DNA of 63,821 nucleotides, filler included, from Basidioascus undulatus (lineage: Eukaryota), in assembly GCA_000826855.1 (NCBI GenBank). It is 4 parts of 4 records of this genome, joined end to end, with 100 filler letters (N's around TTAATTAATTAA, not from the genome) between each part and the next. Parts side by side here need not be neighbours in the genome. Positions count along the whole stretch, not along the records: positions 30,213 to 48,757 come from JTLS01000673.1; 3 more parts are not named here. One strand, given 5' to 3'. How positions within the stretch are numbered: position 1 is the first letter of the stretch; each line of letters opens with the position of its first letter. The position numbers were made by a program, and so were the translations under genes. The notes beneath the pieces were generated by a model, which had not been told where the DNA came from, did no database searches, and was given only the letters and a program-made list of their open reading frames with translations. Below are positions 35,610-48,857 of this stretch, piece after piece.

Positions 35610-37525
35610 ATGTCACCGGAAGAGGCGGCGCTCGCACAGCGGCTGCATCTCCCGCCCGTGCCATCCCTCGGGCAGCTCATCACGTTCTTTACCTTGCATC
35701 TTTTGACGATCCCCCTCCTCGGCACCCTCTTCGTGACGACGCTCGCCTCGAAGCGGATCACCCGCCATGCGACCAGCCCCTCCTTCTACCTCGCCATGAT
35801 CGTCGCTTCCATCTTCGACTCCCTCCTCCTCCTCGGCGGGAAACCGACTGCCCTTATCCCCCCTGAGCCACTCCGGATCGTGAGCGCGGCCGGGGCAATT
35901 GGAGCGCCTCTGCTACAAGGAGGTGTTTGTCTCGGTTTGATCCTGAAGGTGCGCTGTCCTGCCCGTTAATCGAGCGCAGTCGCACATTGACTTTCGACAT
36001 CGGTACACAGATCTGGGGCGTGGTCGTCGCACTTTGTGCCCCTGGACGACCCAGTTACATCGCCACTCGTTTGACCTCTACTCCATTCGTACGTCTTTGC
36101 CGGTGACCTGAATGGAATAAGCGGTTTTCGGTCTGAGCCAAAATGCGACACAGCTTCTTGCCTTTCCCTGGCTGTCAGCCGCCGCTTTCAGCGCCTACAC
36201 TTTATGGGTGTGTCTTATTTTTCTCGAAATGGAGTGGTGCAATTTTTGATACTCTGCGTCGATGCTACTAGTTCGGTATCAAGCACCCTAGGGACGTTAT
36301 CCGTGCAGGATTTTACTGCACCAGTGAGCGAGGTTTCCCTCTCCCTAGCACAGACTTCGCTGAACTGCCAACAACAGTCAATCCGCGTGTCGATCGTGTG
36401 TATGAGCCCCTTTTCTTGCATATCCAACAGGCGTATCCATTCCTCACCTTTCGAACACTTCCAGGCACAAGGTCGCGGTCATCATCACCATCACATACCT
36501 CGCAGCGTCCATACTGTTTGCCGTCTGGGCGTTCTGGCTCGTCCGGCGAAACTGGTCGAATGTGATCAGGTGTAAGACCGAGGTCAATATTGACACCAGT
36601 GCGTTCCTTTCAGATATCAGACTTTCTTCAGAAGCAGGACTAACATCATTCCCGACACGTATTATCTGCCCTACAGTCCTTCGTGTGCTCAGTTTCTCAC
36701 TGTGCGTTCAATGAGTTCTGTTGACTGCCTTTCCATGCTCATTGCTAAACTTTTCGGCCGTCTCAGCTGGGTCATCATGGCACTGGGGTAGGTACTTTCA
36801 GTAGTTTAAAAACGCCGAGCAACGTAGCTCACGACGTGATCTTCCTGTTTTGCAGCGTCTTATGCTACGAGTACCACACTGGCAAGATCCACCCGCCGGC
36901 GCTCATAATCATTGCCACAGTCGTATGTGCAAACATCGTCCTATCGAGGCCTACAAACCCACCCTTGACGATGTTTCTACCAGGGACCTGTCGCCTTTCT
37001 CCAGTTCGGCAGCCAACGCGTGAGTGTCTCCACCAATCCATCCATCCGCTCGCTTTCTTCATATTTATACCTCACTCAACATCTTCCCTGTCCTAGGATG
37101 TTCTCCGCGTCTGGGGCATGCCGAAGCGGTTTCTCAGCTCCTCCGACCTCGGCTCGGCCAGCGACCCTGTGCACACGGGCGGTAGTTGGCGCTCGAGTGT
37201 CCGGCCGATCAGCCACGGCAAGTTCGAGCCCTCAAGTCTCGAGCTCAACAGGTACTCGACACGCGGTACGGGACCCGAAGACCGGGACGAGGACGAGAAC
37301 GAGGACGAAGAGGAGCATGGACGCAAGATCAGCACTGCGGGCGGCGGCCCGGAGGCGGCGCTCTTCACAGCCGGGGGCGAAGTATTCAAAATCGTTCTCA
37401 CCCCGTCGAGAGACGACGACAAAGACGCCGGCCCTACCCTCACGGTCGCGGGCGAGCTGGCCTGCCGATCGGGGAAGATCGACTCTCCTTGGGCGAACTT
37501 ACCGCCGCACAAGGAGGACTCGTAG
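35610..37525 (+). CDS. Multi-pass (7TM-like) membrane protein of a basidiomycete family
   Basis: Hydrophobic exons (FFTLHLLTIPLLGTLFVTTL...ITRHAT...LLLGGKP...IWGVVV, LLAFPW) and an acidic C-terminal tail. Internal exon structure not fully resolved. Confidence 0.6.
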
Positions 37526-38251
37526 AGGCAGAAGCGCATAATTATGTAGAATATAATAATAGTATACTTGTCATGTTTATATGTACTTCGGGACCTTCAT
37601 GTAAAGCGTGTCTGAGAACAGCGACATTCAAGCACCCTGGGCGCAATGTCGTGCTGTGGTTGAAGCGTAGCACGCAGCCTCGATACGAAAAAAATACAGC
37701 TGCGATACAAAGCAGACGCAGCATCTGGGAAAGTTTATAACAATCTGATAAGCCATTGTTCACACGTGCGCACACACAACGCGATCTTGACGACGCAAAA
37801 GGCACGTGGATTTTGCACGATTCCCCGCGACCCTATGCAGCCCTCCATGTCGGCTCAATAGCGCAGCATCCTTATGCGCACCCTTAAGGATGTTGGATCG
37901 CGCTGGATCTCCCATGACTCCACTTGAAGAAAGACCTAGCGGAGTGAAGGGACATGCTCGGCCAGTCCTTCGACCAACATCTGAGTCGACATGTCGTCTC
38001 CGGGGCTCAGCACTTCGAAGTTGACAAGCTCGAGAGTCTGAAGTCAAGAAAACTTCGAAAAAAGGTGAGGATCTGACCTTGCCGGAAAGCGCGCCATGGC
38101 GGGCTAAGGACATAAAGACAAACACAGAGGGTGTGCGAATCATTGAGCATGAGGGCAAGAGCGTAGCACGGCAGCAGGAAAGCATAGACATACACGTGAG
38201 ATGTCAAAATAGTCACCGCACATCTGCAGATCCTGCACGTGCGCGAGCGCA

Positions 38252-39870
38252 TCACCCAGCTCGTTGAGGATTGGCCTGCGTCGGGAGAAGACCCAAACCA
38301 GCATTGAGACTGAGCGGAGATTCTTCGCTCGCTTGAGCGTCGTGCAGAAAGGCCGGCGTCCGAAGCGCGTCATCGAACTTCCTCGCCTTGACGGGGCTGT
38401 CGCGCAGGCTACGGTCCAGGAAGGTCCAGTCGGCCTGGAGGTTAAAAGACTCTCGAGATGCCGAGTGCTGGTCGATGAACGATGCGAGTCCGTTAATGCT
38501 TGAGCTGATTACACCGGGGGTGGAAAAGGCATGCTCGTCGAAGTGGAATTCGAGCTTGGAGAGGAAGGGGAACAAGCGCGATCTGGTCAGCGCTGACGAA
38601 AGGGCATCGAACAGTGCAACCGAGTGAAGAGTCAGATGCGTGAGAGAGCACGAGGGAGTAGTAAAGAGGTGTGGGAGATCGCGCAGCGAGAGTGAAAGGT
38701 ATGCTAGCTCGAGAGATTGCACGGAGAAAAGGTCGATCTCGAGAAGAAGACTGTCAGACGGTGATGCACGAGCGACAGCGTGAAGTGAGAGAGTGTTTGC
38801 AGCGAAGAAGGAACGCGAAGACACGCGGTGGAGGACGGAAAGGGATGCAACCCGTCGATGAAGAGCAGTTCCAGTCGAGCGAGCTTCGCAAGCCGCTGAA
38901 GTCGAGCCCCCGTCGAACGAGGCGGCTTGATCCGATCCAGAAGGTGGTCAACGAGCTCGGTAAGGAGTCAAGTGAGAGAGTGCCGGGCAAATAGGCGCCC
39001 AAGATTAACTGAAACCAGCCCTGTGAGGGAGATATCCACAAGGGACGAAACGTCGATGCCCGCGAGAATGTCGGACGACGAGCGACAGACGACCTTCACG
39101 AGCACGAGGGAGTCGAGGGAGGAAGGCAACGCAAGCCCCGAGTCGGAAGATGTCGGCGGAATAGTGACGTCGGCGAGTTCCAGGCGTTTGAGTCGCTCGA
39201 ATCCAGTGAGGTTGACGCCCGTTGTATGGGATGAGGGGATGGCGAGGTGACTGGACTCGTGCTTTCGACGCTTTGTAAGCATGTGTTCTTGATTGTACCC
39301 AAACTTTTGATATGAACTGAATGGAGAGCTCCGTCAAGGTCGCGCCCGACGCGAAAAGCACTGTTCCGACGACGTCGTACGACAACAGGATGCGGTCCAT
39401 GAAGGACGGCGCCGTCCAGGTAAGGACTGTAGCCTCTTGAAGTGCGGCAAAGCCTCGTTCAAACCTGTCTCATCGTCCCACAGTACCCGCCCAAGTCAAC
39501 TTTGTCCCAAGTGACGTGCGAAAGGAGCGTAGGGTATCTCGCACCTCTGCTCAGCTGCTTCTCCATCTCCCCTTCCGCCCGCCTGACGCTCTCTTGTTGC
39601 TCCGTGTTTCTCGCCTCGCGTCATACATCCAGAATCTCTTGACATACGTCCCTGATCTTCATAGCTTCAGCCCACACGTATCGCTTAGGATGGAACCGTC
39701 GGACGATAGAGAGCGTGCGGAAAAAGAGCGGCGAACGCGGCGTCGTGCATAGCGCGTGCGCACGAGAAAGGCGCTACCGATAGCCAGGAGATGAGGTGCT
39801 CATCATTGTCTATGTGTGATGTGATATTCGACCAGGTTTTGAGAGGAAGGGTGTCGGGGAGAGGCAGCAT
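38252..39870 (-). pseudogene. F-box/LRR-like protein, frameshifted
   Basis: LPLKTWSNITSHI start, then leucine-rich units (TLTELSI, RLKRLELADV, SLTHLTLHSV, FLSKLEF) spread over overlapping ORFs in different frames. Confidence 0.6.
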
Positions 39871-40246
39871 GGCAGATGATGGTGGTGGAAGGCCAAGAGA
39901 GCGCGAAATGTCCACCAGTGCAAGGACGGACGGATGAACGCTACCACCAACCTCCGTGTCGTTTCGGCATTTGGCAAGTTGGTCGTCCAAGCGGCAGTGC
40001 TGTGAGTGTGCTCGGTTTTCAGATCGTATTGAGAACAGTGAATTATCGATGAGAATGCTGATGACCACGACCTAGGACCACAGTTGCGGTCAGCCAGCCT
40101 GAAAAGCCATATACAACAGCACAGCAGGCTTACAGACTACATCAAACCGAAGATGGCAGGGTGTTTGTTGTGGTATGTGATGAGGTGGAAAGCAGGTGGG
40201 ACTGGCCACGTAGCGAGCCCTAACAGACCAGGCGAAAGCAGATCAA

Positions 40247-41043
40247 TCAAAAGATTCTTGACGGCCCTCCATTCGACGTACAGTGGACAATGAACCCCAA
40301 TCCTCCCAGAGCCTCCGCCGGGTTCCTGTATGATGTTCCTGAGCGCTCACGCGACTGCCAGCAGCGCCAAAGGAGCGCGACGCCAGACACGCCGATGCTG
40401 AAGTCGGAGATGAAGGCCCCGAATGCGACCGTGTAAAGCGCTTCCTTCGAGTAGAGCCGAAGCCGAAGGATATGGTCACTGCGGAGGCACAGCTCCACAA
40501 TATGGCGATTATCACGCCCTGGTACTGGTCGATGATGTGGCGGCGCAGGAACACCCGAAGCTGTTGGACTCGCAACGGAGCATTCAGCGACGTACTCACG
40601 GACGGTCAAGATGCTGAACCCACCGTAATCAAGAACTCGGTGATCTCATGGAGCCAGAGGAACATTATCTCGTAGATCCCGTACGAAGCCACTGCTCCCA
40701 ACACTCCCTCAGCAAGGAAAGCGAAGACCTTTGCAAACCTGGGTACACACCGAGTGCGAATATCACTGGGGCTAGTGCAAACGTGAAGGTGAAAAGTATT
40801 GTTACATATGACAAGGAGTGGACGCGGCACATGTGAAACTGGCGTAGACCCAACACAATGACGACCGCAAGAGTCTGCATAAAAGCCGCCTGGCCGATGG
40901 AGAGAGCCCGCGGGACGAAAGTGAGAGGGGGTTGGCGTAGACGATTGGGTTGACATCGTTCGGGTCGACATAAAGGGCTGTGAGAGCGGCAGCTTCTGAG
41001 GCTGCTGCGGCCTGGTCGGAGCGATGTTCGAAGCACTCATGAC
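40247..41043 (-). pseudogene. Multi-pass membrane protein, frameshifted
   Basis: Hydrophobic helices continue across four overlapping ORFs with no introns at the junctions. Confidence 0.45.
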
Positions 41044-41752
41044 GGTTGAGATGAAGAGCAAGAACGGCGGCAGCAGGACGGCGGCCACAAAGGGCCTGAA
41101 TCGGACCTTGCCTGGACGGCCACGGAGATGTTTGGCACACTAATTTAGGATGGTACGTAAGCATCAATCTCCATCGCTTCGGGGGTGGGGGCGCATGGGG
41201 CCCGACAGTTGCAAGTTGAACATGAGACACCGCCACTGGCGTGCGCAATGCTGTCTGTGCTCACACAGCCTGGGATGACCCCGATACCATCACTCAGATG
41301 TATGGTATTTGGAAAAAGCTACACATATAGAGAGGTGCTGGTTTCAGAGAGGCTGAAGCTGCTACGAGTATGGTGCCGCAGTTTGAGAGGCGCTGTAGGC
41401 CTCGGGGTTTGGAGGAGGACTGCCCAAGCGTTGAGGGGAACCACATGCGAAAGCCGCCCTCTGCTCACTCCGACAGTTATGACGCATAATAGCGCCACTG
41501 TTTGAGACCGGTACTGATTGGACAGTCTTGATTGATCTGTTGTGTACCACGTGTTTGTTGCGGGATTGAGGCGATGAGAGGACGCCGAGCGTGAAGTTCG
41601 CAATCTGCGTGCCTACACCTCGGCGCAATAATTTTGATGTCCATCTCCTGTCATGTCTGACAGTAATTTGGCCTCACATGCTGTCGTTCCAGGAATAATT
41701 ATGATCGCACCAGGGGTAACCAGTTTGCTGCCATGTGTACGATGCCAGCCCG

Positions 41753-42957
41753 ATGGCCGACTATGTCCGTCTTTGCACCATAAAGGCTATCAACTCTCCC
41801 AAGGCACCGTCGGAACGGAACCTCCATCCCTCATCATTCTCTCCACACACACCGTATACCCCCTTCCATCTCCCGAGCCCACACAGCGGGCTAACCGATG
41901 TTCACGTCATCGACCCATTCGCCCACTTGCGCCTGCCCGCCATCCGCCCCGCCGAGCGGCCTGATCTCGCGCCGATATTGGCACAGCAGCACCTACAATG
42001 GCTATCACATGCCTTCCCGACCGACCCCCGAACTTATGCCCACCGCGCCAAAACTGAGGTCGCCGCGTGCATGACGACGCTGCCGGACCCGGCGCTCTTC
42101 GCCAACGCACTCCTCGCTTTCACCCGTTCTTTCACGTCTTGTGCTGGGTCGATGATGCGGTAGAGGCCTTCCGGGGGAAGAGCTAGAGCTCAGGGATACG
42201 GTAAGGAGAGCGGAAGGGGTGTTTTCTGGAAAAGGTAAGTAGGCAAATGGTGTTAGTTCTTGCAGTCCACGAACTGAGGCTCACCGTCTTCCCCATTTGG
42301 ACATAACAGGCTCGTCACGTAACGATAAGGGGTCGTGCGTAGTGATCGACACTTTGTCGCATCTTCGACTAGGAGTTCAGTAAGCTGGCCGGAACGACAT
42401 GCACACTGTCTTCGGCGACGACATGTGCAAGCTTCTTCGATGGTACCTTGTTGAGGAGACGATTGTATGTCGCGGCGCTAAAGACCTGAACCTAACGTAA
42501 GCTATTAAGGATCTTCTCTCATTCAACTGAGCTCGGTGCTTTTGCTGACTTGCTTCGTTTGGGTAAGCTACCTCTCTCTTCGCGCAGGCACGATCGGTGT
42601 CCAGCCGATCCTGTCTATCCTCTGCCTCACCCACCCGAGGCTTTCCTTCCCTCCTTCCATGGTGGACGACCTCTCCCTGGCGATCGCACTCCAGAACGAC
42701 CTCGCTGGCGCACGCAAGGGCATCGTGGAGGACGAGCCGCTGAACGCAGTGGGCATCCTCGTGCGCGAGAAGCGCGCGAGCTTCGCTGAGGCGGTCGGCA
42801 GCATCGCGGCGATGCACAACCGTTTGGTGGACAGCATCGAGTACGATGTTGCGGCTGAGCAGGAGCCCGCTGCGGCGGGGCGCGCTCGGTGGTGCGCCAT
42901 TTCGCGGCGGGCCATGCAAAGTGGGCGGCAATGGCGAAGCGTTACCAGGTGCGATGA
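41753..42957 (+). pseudogene. Class I terpene synthase/cyclase, frameshifted
   Basis: WVDDAVE (DDxxE, 42151-42165), GTIGVQP, LQNDLAGARKG (NSE-like, 42695) and WAAMAKRY (WxxxxxRY, 42922-42945) are in the correct order but in different frames, with stops. Confidence 0.75.
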
Positions 42958-43678
42958 TCTCTTTGGGGTAAACGTGATTCCCAGACTGACCTATTGTGCT
43001 TCATAAGAAATGAAATCTGTCACAAGAAGTCCTGCTCGAGTGGAATCTTCGTTGCTAGGATATTCTGGCTCCCTCTACATTTAATTGGGCAATGCTCTGC
43101 AACGACTTTACGATGCTGAAAATATTGGACGGCTTTCCTATTCAGAAATATTGTCTGACAATGTTATGCATTGAGTCGCTCTGCGCCTTCGTTTCTGGTA
43201 TGTTGAGCAGTTCGATAAGTTGGGAACGGAGCGTTGCTCTCAGCTTTCTCTCTGGATCTATCAGCGCAGGCTCTGAGGCAGACGATCTCCGATTGACATA
43301 CACATTGAGAAACTATGGATTCCAAAGTCAGTCATCATAGGAAGAGCTTCGGATGGACGGAACGCCTGACAGCGAGTTCACGAAAACGACTGCTCAGGTG
43401 AAGGAACGCTGCGCCGAGCTTCTGACACAGAGACCGACAACATGTTCAGTGGTAAGTCGAACATCCATAAGCTGCACATGAAAAACACGGGATATAGTAC
43501 AAGCCCGTCAAGTCATTCAATTCAACGATTGTTCCCAGGACCAGACGAGGAGGAAAGAGAATGGCTTGGATGTGATCGCTGGTCTTCTAAGGCAAGATAA
43601 TAGCCAGAGAGTTTGGGAAGGCAGAAATGAGTTCCAGCTCAATTTATCCTCACCCCCCGGCAGTCCATCTGAATCCAA

Positions 43679-43882
43679 CTAAGACTCACAAAACGTCCAC
43701 GTACGTTCAGCACCTGCGAGTGACGGAGCATTTGTGCTGCTTGAGGGTGCCGCGGCGGCCGGCCGCATACGTATACTGGTGTCGCAGCTGATAACTGGGG
43801 CCGGAGTAGACGTGGGCTCAGCTAAGGAGACGACCGGGAGGGAGGCGAGGAAGGCCAAGGCGGCGAAGAGGGAGAGACGCAT
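43679..43882 (-). CDS. Possible small secreted protein (first exon)
   Basis: MRLSLFAALAFLASLPVVSLA resembles a signal peptide; the remainder is unresolved. Confidence 0.35.
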   Translation of the reverse strand: MRLSLFAALAFLASLPVVSLAEPTSTPAPVISCDTSIRMRPAAAAPSSSTNAPSLAGAERTWTFCES

Positions 43883-44527
43883 TGTGTGTCGGGGTATCGC
43901 GGAAGGTCTGGATGGGATGTGGGTTTGGAGAGTCGTAGGTGGGTTTAATAGGAAGAAGGAAATCGGGGGTAGGCTTTTATATGGCCTGACTGGCAGGATT
44001 AAATGGATAGATGACTGAAAGGGCCGCGTTGGCTGGGAGAGCGGCTTCACGGTCTCTGGAGCGAAAAGAATAACTCGGCGTGTCTGGAGCCAATTCGCTG
44101 TGAATAGAAGAAGGTGTGCAGTCTTTCTGGAAAATCAACATCAGCCATTGTATAGAATCCATTTAGTCTGCGGATCCGCCCGCCCGCTTCAAAGGTTCAC
44201 ACATGCACAGTTCAGTTGCGAAGGAAGTCACTTCAAGCCCAATACGGCGGCTGACCCACTTGCTGCCTTCTGCTCTCTTTCCAGTGCAACATTCCGTGTG
44301 TATTTGAAACTATTTAATGCTCAATCATGATATGACTGTATAACTTTTTCTCGATGTTTCTCATTTTATCGACGCTTACAAGGCAACAAGCCAAACGCAA
44401 GCAAGAAATCCCTTTCGGTCGTACTGCGCCCATTAGGCCCGCCCGGACGCGTCCTCGAAACGCGTCTGACTTCCACACCCACCCCCGCCTAACTTACTTT
44501 CTTTCTCTCTCTCCTATCCTCTCATTC

Positions 44528-45593
44528 ATGGCCGACGACTCCTCCCTCCCCGGAGCGATCCACAGCCTTTCCGACCCGCCCCTGCTGGACACGTCCTTCT
44601 CCCTCGCCTCGTCGTCCACGTCCAACGCCAACCACGCACGCGAGAAGTCCGGCGAGCTCTCCCTCGAGGACCTCACCCTCTCTGAGCGTGCGCGGCGGCG
44701 GGACACGGGGGAGGGCGAGAGGAGGGATGAGGGTGACCGGGAGGATGAGAAGAAGGGGGAGGATGAGGAGGACGACCACGAGTCGAGGTTGCGCGCTGAG
44801 CTTACTGCACTCAGGCGGTTCACTGAGCCGCTCAGGGCCAGCGTGCAGGCGCTCGAATTGACGCAGAAACACAATGTTGTGCGTCAGATTCTCCTCGTTG
44901 ATCATACCAGAACACAGTTTGGCTGAACACCTTCTATCCAAACTCAGAACCTCGCGCGACGGGTCTCGCAGACTTCCGCGCTGCTGGACACGTACATCCA
45001 GATCCTGGGGCAGCAGGAGCACACGCGGCGGCTAGTGATGGATGAGAACTGGCTGGGATCCGGAGACGTGCGTTTGGTCCCCTATTCCCGTTCCCTCCCC
45101 CCATCCCCCTAACCTAATCCCCACCCCGTGCACACGCGCAGGATGCCGAAATTATCTTGGAGCGAGAACGAGCCGCCGAGCGCGCGCGCATCGCGGCGGA
45201 GGCGGAGGCTGCCCGCGTGCGCGCGGTCGAGGAGGAGGAGGAGGCGCGCAAGCGCGCGGCTGCTGCTGTGGCTACTGGGCCGTCGGCGCCTTCTGGGCGG
45301 GAGAGGGGTATCGCGGCAGTGAGGACTAGAGGGTCCAGAGGAGGTGCGTTCACATTCTTACTCGCTTGGGACACTTTGAGCTGGGAAAGCACGCGGAGAA
45401 ACTGACTGTTGCGGGTTGGTCTGGGACGACAGTACCAGCCCCCACTGTCAGACCGCAGTCCAGGATCCCGCCGCCGCCATCAGTACGAGGGAGGGGCAGT
45501 ACGACGACGACGGGGACGGGAACGAGTGGGATTACGCGTGGGCGGGGGAGGGGTGTCCGAGGCACGGGCATTGGGAGAGGAGGGGCTGCATAG
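44528..45593 (+). CDS. DUO1: DASH/Dam1 kinetochore complex subunit Duo1
   Basis: LRAELTALRRF...QTSALLDTYIQILGQQEHTRRLVMDENWLG, followed by a coiled coil and an RG-rich tail. Confidence 0.85.
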
Positions 45594-46696
45594 TTGCTTC
45601 GCTCACGCACGCTGGGATGGACGCTCTTTGCGCCTGGGACGCGGCAACACATTGAGCTCACCAGCCTCGCGTGCCGTCGCGCCTTCGCGCCTCTTCATAT
45701 CCCAGTGCAACCGCAGACGGAGGGCGGAGCGACTGCGGCCGGTACCCGTCGTCGCGCGCTCTTACAATGAACGAAGAAGCAGGTCGTGTTGGCGGTCTGG
45801 ATAGCGACGGACCTGTAAGGCTCCCTCATGGTGATCTAACACATAATGGCAGACAGTTCGGAAAGGCGATGCGGGTAGCCTGCATTTGTTTTGCTGCATT
45901 GTTCAGTGTGGGCGGCCCACCACTATCGCTGCCACTGCTGTCTCGTCGACACTTCAAAGGAGCACTTTGGGCAGATGTCTGATTGGCATGACCTCCATAC
46001 CATTTTCGCGCCATTGCTAATGGCCTGATACTGTTTAATAAAGCGTCAACATCCAGCAGGAAACCGTTGAGGCAGTCTGGGCCCTCCCTGGGCGTCACAC
46101 ATGTGCAGACGCGCAACAGATTCTAGGAGGTTTTATGGAATTTGGTTTGATTACTTTGTTTTCCCCATTGTGATTCACAGGCGCATGGGTCGCCCGGCTG
46201 TGTTATTAGGCCACGAGCAGGCAGCGGCGTGAAACTGCCAATGGGAGCCAGGGCTGCCGGGTTGGGGCTGTGACAGTTCACCCAGGAGTGTCTTTTTCTA
46301 CCATATAAATTTAGGTATGTAACAATGAGCGGGAAAACAGGACGCTAAAAACAACCCTGATGCAGAGACGTTGTTGAGCGAGGAACAGATTCCGCATGTT
46401 GCGCAAATTGCGACGAGCAGTAGTTAACTATTGGGGACGTTCGCTGTTTTGCCTTCGGGTCAAGTGCGTTCCATTGTCGGGACATATGCCTTAGATACTA
46501 TAAATGGTTCTGTCAGGCAAGACCGTCTAACGCTGAGAGGGGGACGTAAAATGCAACGCACTTCCGCAACGTCCAACCTCAGAAGGCACATTGCTCTCTC
46601 AGAGCCCCGCCAGCGCCGGTTTCATCGAATGAACAGTTGATGTGTGTGCGATCCGTTCTTGTCAAAAAAAAACAGAAAAGGAAAGAAAGCGAACCA

Positions 46697-48308
46697 TCAA
46701 AGGCCCGCAAGTCCGGGGCACTTTCCCGTGAGGCCAGCGCCAGCGACCGGGCAGCCACCCTTCCCTTCCTTCGACACGGACCACGCCCACTCGCCCTCGA
46801 TCGGCGCTCCGTGAAGAGTCTACGCCTCCCTGAGAACTAGATCCTGGCCAGCGTTCTCGAACGCCGTCGGCCCCTTCACATGCACCGTCAGTAACTCGCA
46901 CAAGCCAAGTGGACGGATCACAGTAACGGGCGTACAACGTGCTCCAGCCTGAGCCCTCCAGATGCGAAACGAGACGACGGCCGACGCTTGGGGTCCGTCA
47001 GGCCGAGAGCACAGTGGAGGGAGAAGAGCGCGGACGAAGGACCGCCGAGCTCGGGGTAGTACCAAGGCCTGGAGGCGAAGTCAGCGGCTGCCATTGGGAG
47101 AAAGATGGCCGGCTTGACGCACTCGCTCCTGTACCACAGTGTCCCCAGCCTGCGAAGCTCGTCCGGTCCTACGGCCAGCTTGGAACGCTGGTCGATCTCG
47201 CTCTGCCCAACAGGGAGCAGGGTGCTCGGGCGCCATCGCGGAAGAATGGCATGCCGAGAACGAAAGCGGATGTTTTGAGAAGGCACGTTGTGAACTAGGC
47301 GATGGACGGACGGGGAGCGGGGATCCTGAGGGAATGACATATTGTGAGCTGCGTTCGAAGGGTGGAAGAATGGCTGCGTACATCATTGAACGGCGGAGTC
47401 GAGGCGTCATGAGGGCCGCCACGATCTTTGCTCCGAGCGGGTGCAGGAACTTTGGCACGTCCGAGAGCAGGACATCGGCCGTGGCCTTGGCGAGCTCGTG
47501 GTTCGATTCGGCGGGGACCATGTAGCTCTGCTCGTACTCCGGTCCTCTCGTTCGCCGTTGATTATCCCGGTGCATAGAAACAGCTAAATTGACCTACCTC
47601 AGCCCAGTCCTTCAGCTCCTGCAGAGTATCGGGAAGGTCTTGAATGCCCATCCGCCGGCCGATCTCCAACCAGAAGATCAACATCGCTTCGCATTCGAGA
47701 TCCGAGAGCGGGCGCCACCTGTAGGTACTCAACCAAGTCTGTCAATAAGAAAACTTTAGCAACATCAGGGAAAGTAGTGAGTGAGAAACGAACGATTGGC
47801 TCGAGCACAAAGACGCTGAGAGTCAGCTTGTAATCATCGTTGCTCTATGAACACCACAGCCGTCAGACAGGCTCATATCAAGGTGAATTGAGGGAAATAT
47901 TACGGTCGACGGGTATCGACCGTGAAGGAAGTTCATCCGCGAGAGCGCGATAGCGCCCCGAGGGTCGCCGCTGGCCTGCTGCTGACCGGCAACGGCCACG
48001 TTGGCAGTCCAGGTACGATCGTCGAAGGCCGGCTCGCCAGTGCCAGAGCCGGGTCCGGTCAGAGAATACACAGCGAAAGCGTTCATCACTGCGGGTACTC
48101 AGCAAACGGAACATAAAGAGGGAGATAAAGGAGGACAAGAGGTAACGCACACACTGTGGTGTCGGCGTAGCGACGAGGTGCCAGCTCGGGCGAGCTGAAC
48201 TGTCGGGTCGCGAGAAGGAGCTTGGAATGGTTGGGTGCCATATGTTTTGAAAAGAGCAAATCTGTTGGCAGTCCAAGGGTCAGGTTGAGGAAGAGAGGGC
48301 GTCGTCAT
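46697..48308 (-). pseudogene. ER-bound oxygenase MpaB-like protein, disrupted
   Basis: ALFKTYG / PTI / KLLLATRQFS...RRYADT needs two 1-nt insertions to stay in frame. Also AIALSRMNFLHGRY and YEQSYMVPAESN; premature TAG at 46820-46822. Confidence 0.75.
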
Positions 48309-48757
48309 ACGTCAGGATGGGTGGTGGTTTGAAGTGTGCCTGCCGTTGATTCAGACCGTGACGTGCCCCCGCACTTCTTGGGCTGTCGCAGGGGGCGAGG
48401 AGTTGATTTTGGACGCCCCATACTGTGCCCTCTTACAGAAGTACGGCATGCAGCCATTCTCCGAGTTGATTTTTTGAGCGAGCCAGTGAAAACGCTGCAT
48501 CTGTGTGCACTATAACGCATTATGTTGAGTAGCGCACGTCCCTTAGCGATCTCAAGAGACCGCAGCGCTGGCCGCAAAATTCGGATTGGAATAGGGGGGC
48601 GAAATGACGAAAAGATACAACGAGTCCAAGTTAAAATGTGCAAAAGACGTGCAAGTGCGCGCCAAGGTCCAAGACGACGTTACGAGAAGTGCTATGCGAG
48701 AGTCCTCAACTGCAAGAAGTCCGTCCCCTCAAAAAAAAAAAAAAAAAAGGCAAACAA

Positions 48758-48857
48758 NNNNNNNNNNNNNNNNNNNNNNNNNNNNNNNNNNNNNNNNNNN
48801 NTTAATTAATTAANNNNNNNNNNNNNNNNNNNNNNNNNNNNNNNNNNNNNNNNNNNN
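48758..48857. other. Artificial contig linker
   Basis: N44-TTAATTAATTAA-N44. Confidence 0.98.

Noticed and set aside
30213..48757. Foreign insertion suggested by contig 3 (18545 bp) being longer than its neighbours (15006, 15006, 14964 bp)
   Set aside because: I found no terminal repeats, target duplication or non-fungal block; contig order may simply not be by length.
15007..48857. TTAATTAATTAA palindromes within N runs, and gene clustering across them
   Set aside because: Artificial contig linkers; ORFs ending in LIN/N there are artefacts and neighbouring contigs need not be linked.
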